From Dendrobates tinctorius (taxonomy: Eukaryota), in assembly GCF_039654945.1 (NCBI RefSeq), contig NW_027362062.1, positions 3,100,001-3,164,000 of the forward strand: DNA of 64,000 nt, given 5' to 3'. A model generated the notes under the pieces. The model searched no databases and was not told the DNA's origin. It saw only the letters and a list, made by a program, of their open reading frames with translations. Below, piece by piece: positions 11,101-20,700 of the stretch (position 1 is its first letter; each line of letters opens with the position of its first letter). The position numbers were made by a program, and so were the translations under genes.

Positions 11101-13178
11101 ACACTAAACACTGAAGGTCTCCATGCCTGGACTCTGAGATGTCAGAAATCCTGACTCACAAGAACAGTAGACTCCAATATGCTCACAATCTTATTAAGAA
11201 GCCACAGAGGTTTTGGGATTGTGCTCCATGGAGTGATGAAATAAAACTAACTTTTCGGAGTTGGAAGAATAAAGCATACTCTGAAAAGAACACCCTGCTA
11301 AAAGTGAGACGTGGTGGCAGCTCAGTGATGCCTACGGTGAGGCAAGGTGGCAGCTTGTTGATGCCTACAGTGAAACGTGGCGGTGGTTCGGTGATGGCCA
11401 CTATGTCACCAATATTCTAGTTTTTTTGGCAGCAGCCCCCTTCTTCAAATCCCATCAAAGATTTTCTTTGGGTTTAATTGAGACGACTGATGGTCTCTCC
11501 AGAATCTTCCAGGACTTTTTCAGAAACAAAGCTTTGGTGGAGTTTTGCTTGGAATCCACACACTCAGTTAGGCAATAGGTATCATTCACACAGACAATGC
11601 GGTTTGGCCCAAATGAGCAGTTTTATTGCTTTCATAAAAAGAATTCAAAACCAAAACAGCCTCTTCTTGGCACAAACAATTCATTCATTACACACATATA
11701 GGTCAGTGCGGGCTCACCCGAACAGATTACAGTCCTTTCACCTGAAAGCAGACGTTACATGCCTACGTCAAAGTGTGACAGCTGCTCAGTGATGCGTTGG
11801 GGCTGCTTTGCTTCTTGCAGTGGAAATCTACAGCATGTGTAGGGCAAAATGGATTCAATCAAGTATCAGAAAATTCTAGGAGAAATCATCATGTCTTTTG
11901 CGTGGAGGGCTGAACTCTTGGAATCTTTGGCTCTTCTAACACTTTTAACAATGCCAAGTAGGAAATGGTTAAATCCTAGCACTGCAGGTCATAATTAGAT
12001 GCACCTGGCTAGGTTTGACTAAGAACGAGGAAATGGGTTCACCTTGTGTCAGTCTGCTGGATGTTGAGCAGAGTCAAGTCTTTTGAAGCTGGTGAGTGAC
12101 CAACCAAAATGTGAGCTGTACCTGGGAGATAAACAGGCCAGGGTCTCTCTCTGTATGGAGACTGCACAGTTCAGCTAGGAAAGCCGAGCAGTCTGTGTGT
12201 TGGAGCTGCAGAGTAACGTGTGGAAGCTGCCACCTGTTCAATGTGAACTGTGCCCAGAGTTGAACACTTCTATTTGGCTCTGGAAGCTACTGGAGCTCAG
12301 GCTGAAGGTGATACCAAGACTGGTCGGGCCGTACCTCTTCGGTATGTAACGTCTGCTTTCAGGTGAAAGGACTGTAATCTGTTCGGGTGAGCCCGCACTG
12401 ACCTATATGTGTGTAATGAATGAATTGTTTGTTTGTGCCAAGAAGAGGCTGTTTTGGTTTTGAATTCTTTTTATGAAAGCAATAAAACTGCTCATTTGGG
12501 CCAAACCGCATTGTCTGTGTGAATGATACCTATTGCCTAACTGAGTGTGTGGATTCCAAGCAAAACTCCACCAAAGCTTCGTTTCTGAAAAAGTCCTGGA
12601 AGATTCTGGAGAGACCATCAGTCGTCTCAATTAAACCCAAAGAAAATCTTTGATGGGATTTGAAGAAGGGGGCTGCTGCCAAAAAAACTAGAATATTGGT
12701 GACATAGTGGCCATTGCCCATGAGACATGAGCTAAGATCCCTCAGGAACGCTGCCAGAAGCTGGTGTAAGCATATTGTGAGACTGCAGTAGTCAGTAAAA
12801 GTGGCATTTTGTGTAGAATTTGGAGAAACCACCTGTTATATTAGCTATTGTTTATTGCAGAAAGATTGTTAATGTTACTAATAAACCGAATTTGCATTGG
12901 GGGGGAGGTGAATCATTTTGTATACAGGCACCTCCTTCTAATCACTCCTTAATTACTCCATTGTTTTGTCACAGGAAGAATCCTTAGACAATCTGCCCAT
13001 GAGTTATAGGGAAAACTCGAAGCTCGGACGAATAGACTCTGAGTTCTTGGCCCAAGTGTTGGAGACCTGCAGGAGGAAACCGTACACCCTTGTCTGTGGG
13101 TCGGTAGCATTCACTGAGGACATGACTGCAATGATGAAACTTTTGCAGAATGACGTCACATCCATTTTCTCATTTTAA
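5304..13178 (+). CDS. CYB5RL: NADH-cytochrome b5 reductase-like protein, 309 aa, 6 coding exons
   Basis: Exons 5304-5483, 6334-6482, 7132-7219, 8208-8312, 8746-8949, 12975-13178; all GT-AG and phase-compatible (930 nt). N-terminal oxidoreductase-like CCGSGCSPC motif, FAD-binding RAYTPIS, NAD-binding GTGIAPM, LVCGS, C-terminal F. Confidence 0.95.
5503..5931. mobile_element. PIF/Harbinger-type MITE (family A)
   Basis: TIRs GGGTCCCGTTTCACATAGCGA / TCGCTATGTGAGACGGGGCCT, preceded by TAA; related copies at 9950-10042, 21239-21542 and about 54417-54856. Confidence 0.75.
10940..12830 (+). mobile_element. Decayed, rearranged Tc1 transposase remnant in the last CYB5RL intron
   Basis: Fragments FWD..WSDEIK, EKNTL..V..GG.SVM (tandemly repeated), WGCF, GKMDS.KYQ.IL and an SQ..LNP.ENL-like segment; interrupted by an inverted duplication and an unrelated insert. 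Confidence 0.75.
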
Positions 13179-14289
13179 CAATTTTGTGCAGCGAACATAA
13201 AGGATGAAAATATTGTCCCCCAGAACTGAGGATACGATGTCGTAAGTGACCAGTAACCAAATAATGACACTCTGGAAGAAGTCCATCTGTGAAATGGCGA
13301 TAGGACAAGGTGCCGTAAGAGGTCCATGGTCTGGACGATATTCACATTCAAAAAATGGCAACTCAATTTTATTTTCCTCTTTTATGTTGTTCATCTTGGG
13401 GTTACATAATTTTATATTTTGATATATCTGACTCTTACAGACACAGCAACACTCATGATTTTTTTTTTTTGGATGAAGAAAATGGAGGAATTTTGAACTT
13501 TTAAGATTTAGAAAAAATATATATATATTTTTTTCAATTTTTAAGTTCCCTAGGGGACTTGAATCTGCGATTAAAACATTTATTTAGATATTTCAGTATT
13601 GCATATATGGTACAAATAATATAATGATCCCCCTATGAAGCCCAGTCTGCAGCTCGCCAAAATGGTGACAACAATGACTATTTTCTGATAGCCGCTGGCT
13701 ACCATTGCAACCTTGTGACCCTGTCATGGATAGGGCGTCCCAACAAACGCCGCAGTAATATACCACTTAAATGCCGCTGTTCATCATAGGGCGGGAAGAG
13801 GTTAAATTAGTCAAGGAAACTTTCAGAAAGGATTATATAGTCATTCTGATGTGGATTTTCATAGCAAATACACCAGTCCCATCAGATAGGTGATCTCTTC
13901 AATAATGTATTAAGCTGATGAAGGATCCGCTTCATTCTTTGTTCACTTTGCTCGTATACATGATAGATTCTGGATACCTTATCATTAAAGTGCAGGGGTT
14001 ATACTAAAGTCTACTAGTGAACTTGCGTTCATCTCCGTATTCAACTTCTGTAATTTATAAATACTCAATATACAGATCTGGAGATAAAAAAAAACTGCAA
14101 AATTACTATAATTTTCTGGCAAATATCATTGATGTCTTAGGTTAGTCCTACAATGTCTAATTAGTGGGGGGCCTGACCTCTAGGACCCTGAGTGCAGGGC
14201 CATAATTGCCTTTAACAGAAAAAATTGTGTTATTGCTGACCCACCACTGAAAATTACTTCATGAACGCTAATGTGCTAAAAGTCACTTC

Positions 14290-14741
14290 TTATGGACAAG
14301 CCGTGAGGTGCGGAGGTCAAGGAGTCAGAGGACAAAAGCCAGGAGGGTACGTGATAAACAGAGGGGTGAGACAAAGGTATAGGCAGGTCACAGTCCGGGG
14401 TCAGAATTCCAAGAAGGTAGCGGATCAAGACAAAGGGGCTAGGCAAATGAATGGTCAAAGGCAAATCCAAGGTCAGTCAACAAAGATCAAAATGCTAGAA
14501 CTCAAAGTAAAGAGAAAACTTACGCCAAACTGAGCAGAGCTACAACTGGCAGAGATTAGAGGCAGACAGCCAGCTACGGTAAGTAGGCTGGAAATCATTC
14601 CGAACAGGGGACACTTGTAGGAAACTGAAACATCCCAGCTCTGATTGGAAGTCTGGACTGTCAGTCACCACACTGACAGCTCAAGCCTCAGATTGGACGG
14701 CTGAGCTGCCACTCACCACACTGAGAGGAGGAATTGTGACA
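14290..14741. mobile_element. Possible solo LTR fragment
   Basis: GGTCAG/CAGG-rich repetitive segment ending in TGTGACA, resembling anuran LTRs; the other boundary is not resolved. Confidence 0.35.
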
Positions 14742-16204
14742 GCTAACGTGCATTACGTTGTCTTGGTGTGAAAGCAAATGAGTGAGTAATGGCGGCTTGG
14801 ACTCTATTGACTTATCGCGGTACCAAAATCAACGCTGCTCTTATCCAAATATCAAGTACTGCAGCTCAGCCATATTCACTGGAACAGGCCTGGTCTGTTC
14901 GCTACAGCTATTTTTATAGTTTGGTGCAGATTTTCCATTGAAAATTTTTCAAAAATCTCGAGCAGCAATTGCAATATAATTTAACCTACCCTAACGGTGA
15001 ATTTACGCGGGGCTGTTCATCAAGAGTAAATAAACTTTCTTTTAATTTTACTTTTTTTATATATAATTTTTTATTTTTTTATTTTAGGCGCTTTCTTTGG
15101 TTTTGTTAGGATTGGTGAGGAATCCGAGTTCTGAAATCCTCACTATTTGCTCAAACGTCCTCCTGAGAAGTGCACGGCCTAGAGACAGAAGTTGTCTGAG
15201 CGAGATCTCAGAATGGAGCACGGATTTAATAATCTTGGGGCCCGAGCTGTCAGTCAAGGAAGAAGAGGGAGGAGATAGAAGGAAGACAAGTAGGTGGGAA
15301 GGTGCACTTAAATGTTTGGCCATGCCATGGTGCACCGAGCTCCTGTGCTTTGTTTGGACAGTCATTTTGAACTTATAGACTCCGTTTAACCATTTAGATG
15401 CTCTTGTAAATGCCGCTATTGGTGATTGACATGAACTAGTTGCCGGTGCTCCCATGCATCTGTTACCATCATCATCCCCGCAACGTAATTGCTGGTGGTC
15501 AAGGGGTTGACGTGGCAGCCTGAAGCGGGCTGAAGGCCCCATGTTTCTGCCACCTTGGTCCTCTTGTGAAAAAGCGCAACATGTGGCTGGCCTTTGAAGG
15601 ACAGTGTCATTTTCGCCATATACTCAGTATATAGTAAAAATGATCAAACAATGTAGGAATCGCCTGCCTTTTCCCAGTTGAAAAATACATTTTAAAGAAT
15701 ATTTGGTATTATCGTGTTCCTTTAAAAAAAATATTTAAACCATACAGAAATTGGTTAAAAAAAAAAAAGAGCGAAACTCCAGAATTGTCATTTTTTTGGT
15801 TTTCTCACTTCTCCCCTATAAAATGGAATAAACAGCCAGAATGGAAAAATAAATAAAATTACGGGTCTCAGAATATGGGGACGCAAATCAAACATTTTTT
15901 ACAAAGTTCTTTAATTTTTTTTTTTTTTATATAACCACTAATGTATATGAAAAAAATAAAACTTATACATTTGGTATCACCATAATTGTAATGACCCAAA
16001 GAATCAAAATTGCCAGGTAATTATTACCGCCATAATAACAAAACCTAAAAAAAAAACAATGATGGAATTGCACGTTTATTTCACTTTTTTCCGTTTTTTT
16101 TTTTTTGTTTTTTTTGTATATTAAATGGTAAAATAAAGAATGTCATTAAGAACTACAATTCATAAACTATAAAAAAAAAAAAAAAATTTCATACGGCCAT
16201 ATTG

Positions 16205-17435
16205 GTATATCAACAGGGACCCTTACGGCAATGGGTATAGATATGCATAAAACTTAACCTTTAATGCAATCATGATAAAAGACAAATACGTCCACATGGA
16301 ACACAAAACACACAACCGTGTCACCTACTAAATGCTACAATAGGATCCTGATATCACAAACTACCTGACAACGGAGGTTGGCACCCTACACAAAAACGAG
16401 ATTGGCGCCCCCGTTCCACGATGGCTGTACCCTGAAACTCCTAGATGACCCTGAGTAAGTGCCATACTTTTAGTCACTCAATCACCCAGAAAAGGAGTGT
16501 ACAGGGGTTGCCAAACAGGTAGTTGGGTAGGCAACAATAGAAAAAGTGCAAAAATAGTGCAAAAGACAAGACATAAAGTGACATGTGCAAATTAGAGTAC
16601 CTAACTTTCCGTCCCCTATACTGAACACCTTCCTGTCTGCGGAGGTAGGCACCCTACTGGTCAGCGGAATGTGGACATGGCATCTAACTATCCACCTCCT
16701 GATGATCCGGTTAGAAGAAACGCGTTGAGGTTTTTTTCATCCATCATCTAAATATAAGTACCCTCTTTTTGTTATCAACAAATTGTTATTGGCATTTGCA
16801 TTTTATCTAATATTTATTAGATTTGCCTTCCTTATATATCATTGTCATAACCCTTCTCTGATTATTAGCCACAATAGGGCGAATTTTAGGGTGAGCCGTC
16901 GTGGAGCGGGGGCGCCATTCCGCTGACCAGTAGGGTGCCTACCTCCGCAGACAGGAAGGTGTTCAGTATAGGGGACGGAAAGTTAGGTACTCTAATTTGC
17001 ACATGTCACTTTATGTCTTGTCTTTTGCACTATTTTTGCACTTTTTCTATTGTTGCCTACCCAACTACCTATTTGGCAACCCCTGTACACTCCTTTTCTG
17101 GGTGATTGAGTGACTAAAAGTGTGGCACTTACTCAGGGTCATCTAGGAGCTTCAGGGTACAGCCATCGTGGAACGGGGGCGCCAATCTCGTTTTTGTGTA
17201 GGGTGCCAACCTCCGTTGTCAGGTAGTTTGTGATATCAGGATCCTATTGTAGTATTTAGTAGGTGACACGGTTGTGTGTTTTGTGTTCTGTGTGGACGTA
17301 TTTGTCTTTTATCATGATTGCATTAAAGGTTAAGTTTTATGCATATCTATATCCATTGCTGTAAGGGTCCCTGCTGATATACTAGTTGAATTACTGACCT
17401 TACTGGTGGTTTCCACAAACTTTTGATAGAACATT
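16205..17435 (+). mobile_element. Penelope-like element remnant with 467-bp inverted arms and a hammerhead motif
   Basis: Inverted arms 16205-16671 and 16916-17382; flanking direct repeat CGGCCATATTG (16194-16204 and 17436-17446); hammerhead core in the spacer. Confidence 0.7.
16694..16731 (+). ncRNA. Minimal hammerhead ribozyme motif (Penelope type)
   Basis: ACCTC-CTGATGA-TCCGGTTAGAA-GAAAC-GC-GTT-GAGGT: stem I ACCTC/GAGGT, CUGAUGA and GAAA cores, palindromic AACGCGTT stem III; stem II has a mismatch. Confidence 0.65.
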
Positions 17436-17761
17436 CGGCCATATTGATAGAAAGATAAAAACAAAAAAGTTACGGCTCTTGAAAGAAGGGGAGGAAAAAA
17501 AACAAAAGTGCAAAAAAAAAATTGCCAGTCGTTAAAGAGTTAAGATGTGCTAGCCTTTTGGCAAAAATATAGGAATAAAAGTAGACTAAGGTAGAGGTGG
17601 TGTAATGTTAGATAAGAGTGCGTAAAGATGCGCTAACTGTATCATCCAACATTGGCCGCTTAGATAAATTTGGCGCATGTTCAGACTGTCAGGTCTGCGC
17701 TGATATTGACAAGATTAGTAAATCTGCTCCATTATGTTTCTAGCAGTGATATATATATTAT

Positions 17762-20700
17762 TCACTCATAATAAACCGCATACACTGTCACCACGCAGAA
17801 CATGGTGGAGTTCTGGAAGCTACAGGAGGTGATGTTATCCGAGTACGAGTCCCACAGACATTGGCTGGTCATCAATATGTCCTCCCGGTTCTTGCTCCCT
17901 ATGGCCATGTTGCAGATGAGTTTGTATCGCGGTGGCGTGACTCTGCGGACCATTTTCTTGATATCCTCGCACAAGTTTTTGGTGAGGTCAGCAGACGTAC
18001 TTGGGTCGTAGGTTACATTCCTCAGCTTTGCTGCTAAAAAATCCTGGATAAGTTCCTTCGCTTGGGAATAGGGGAATCTTTGTGGAGGATTTGCGGAGCC
18101 AGCAGGTACCTGATAAAAAAACAGCATCAAAAAAGGTGATGTAATGAAATGACTTTACCCCTTAGAAACAAGTCAGAGTCCTCTCATCCAGCCAAATCAG
18201 CTCTCTTGATTTGCACCGAGGAGGGGTAATGCCCCCCGAAACACGTGTCTACAAGTTGAGATTCTGGTTTGGCTTTTATCCAGCATCATGTGACAAGGCT
18301 CACTAAAGGGTCGATATTGACTTTAAGGATTGCTACTTCCAATAGGTGGCGCTATAGTTAAAGTCCTCTTCCTCTCTGAATAGAAAATGTGCACATTAAA
18401 AGGTAATGTGTGATGCTTTCCATTATAATGTACATTTCATGCTCAGAGATGACAGCTATAAATGTACAGTAATTTATCACATTATTAAATAATGACCCTA
18501 TCTTACCCTGAAAAATTTACTCCAAAGCACCCGACACTAAGTGTATCCCTTCGGAATAACTTTCTGGATACTGCCTGCTGTAAAGTGTAATCCGTTCTCT
18601 AGTAGCTGAGACGGATTACAAACGTTGGGGGGGTGTCTTTGTCTCTGCCCCTGATGCCCCTGATCTCCTGTCTATCAAATAGGGAAAACAGAATAAAAGA
18701 GGATTTCAGTTCAAGACAGATAAGCTATTGGACAATGGCAGAATCAATGTATCCTGGGAAGAGGAAGTTCCAGCTCCTATAGTGCTGGCAGGATGTTGAT
18801 AACTATGAACCACCCATTTAAAAAATAAAAAATTATCATGAGAATCAAGACAGTTCCTCGATATATTTTGACACAAATGGAATATTTCTCTAGCAGCTAA
18901 GATGGATTACAGACAGTGTGTGTGTGTGGGGGTCTTTGTCTCTGTTCCTATCAAATTGGCTACGAGCATAATAGAGAGACGCATCTTCATTTCAAGACTG
19001 ATAAGCCATTGGACAGTGGCAGAATCAGTGAATACTTGGAAGTGAGGGAAAGGGAAGTTCCAGCTCTTATAATGCTGGTTGAATACTAATAAAGATGAAC
19101 CTCCCATTAAAAAAAAAAAAAATTCTCATGTTCATTAAGACAGTGCCATGACACAAGTGGAATCTCTCTCTAGCGGCTATGATGGATTACAGGCAGTGAG
19201 GGCAGGTATTTGTCTCTACTAATGTCTATCTAAATTGGATTTGAGGCAGGTTTTCAGATCAAGACAGATAAGTCATTGGACGATGACAGAAGCAATGTAT
19301 GCTTTAAAGTTAGGGAAGAGGAAGTTGCGGCTCATATAGTGCTGGCAGAATGCAGATAAAGATGAACTGCCTATATAAAGAAAGAGAACATGAGAATCAA
19401 GACAGTTGCTGGAAATATCAGACCTATGTTCATCAAAAGCAGTTTATCTATTGAGGAATAATGACGGCAAGGTCACGCTATGCTACAGAATTAAAGGTAC
19501 AGTCCCCTTTTGCAACCAATTCTTGCTTCAAAGCAGCTTATGTTCCGAAAAAAAAAAACGTTAAATTGTTTGCACCGCGAAGGGGGATATATTAATGTCA
19601 CTATGATTAAGGATTCCAGCAGTGGAGTGACTCAGGACAGTGACACCCTCCGACATCTGGTCTGTTTGGCGCGGTCAGGCCCGATGATGGGAGCGCTGCG
19701 ATGCTACTTGGTGATCCTGTATTTCCAGCCTTGTACTGATATTATGTTGCCGTTTTGTGGCCTCTTCCTTTATGACATTCAGCCTTTTATGTGTTTTGAG
19801 CCGTGCATTGTGAAAGTAAATGGCGGCTACTGTGTACTTAATTGTTCCGTGTAATGAGGACTTGTCGTGCAAACACACTTCACCGCTGATGCCATCTGAC
19901 TCCGGGTTTGTATGCAGGACAAACAGCGGGCACTCCCTCGCTCGCAGGAATGCGGCTGACCATTGTCATTGGGCTGCAACGTGCCTATAGTGGACGGAAG
20001 AAAACCGCCACCTCTCCTCCAGTGTTTGCGTTGCGAACCTTGATGGACGAGGTGAACTGTAGTTTACTGTGCAACATATCATTAGTGACGCCGTACAGGT
20101 TCTCTTTTCAACCTCAAACGCAGCAAGGAGCTTCTGTCGTAGCAGAACTATTGGGCTACAAAGGGACCAAATACTGTTATTGCACAGGGGCCCTCTTCTG
20201 TCGATGTCTGCCAAAATTAAAAAGGCAGAAAAGAAATATCCTCTGCGCTTCCAGGCAACATATTTCAGACGTACATGATCCTTTGTTAAGCCAAAGACAA
20301 TGTAGGTCTGAAACATGTTGCCTGGGAGTGCAGAGGATATTTCTTTTCTGCCTTTTTCATTTTTTGTTCGGTCGTGTTCGACCATTTATTGTGCCTTTTT
20401 TATACTATCAAATCAATAAGGCAATTATTTTAAGCTGATGTGAGTGCCATATAAGTAGGAGAGGTCTCGCAGGAGTCTACAAATTAATTTATTTTTTCTT
20501 TTATCTGATCTCGTGCAGCCATGCTCCATCCATGAGAAAATACCATATTATTCTGGAATCCCAAGATATGGGATATAAAGGGGTTACGTAATATAGGAGA
20601 TGTGGGGTCTCTAATAAAAAGTCCGTACCTGCTCATTGATGATGGGTTTGCGGTTCGGTGTGCGGGCTCTCGCCTTTCTTCTTAGAGCTGCCTGATTCTG

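Noticed and set aside
11478-12630. Two ORFs with identical N-termini (MRRLMVSPESSR...) on opposite strands
   Set aside because: A by-product of the inverted duplication; TTG starts and no recognisable protein.
19510-20438. ORFs of 114-176 aa in the Tctex-1 gene intron
   Set aside because: No recognisable motifs, non-ATG starts, and they overlap repeat-derived sequence.
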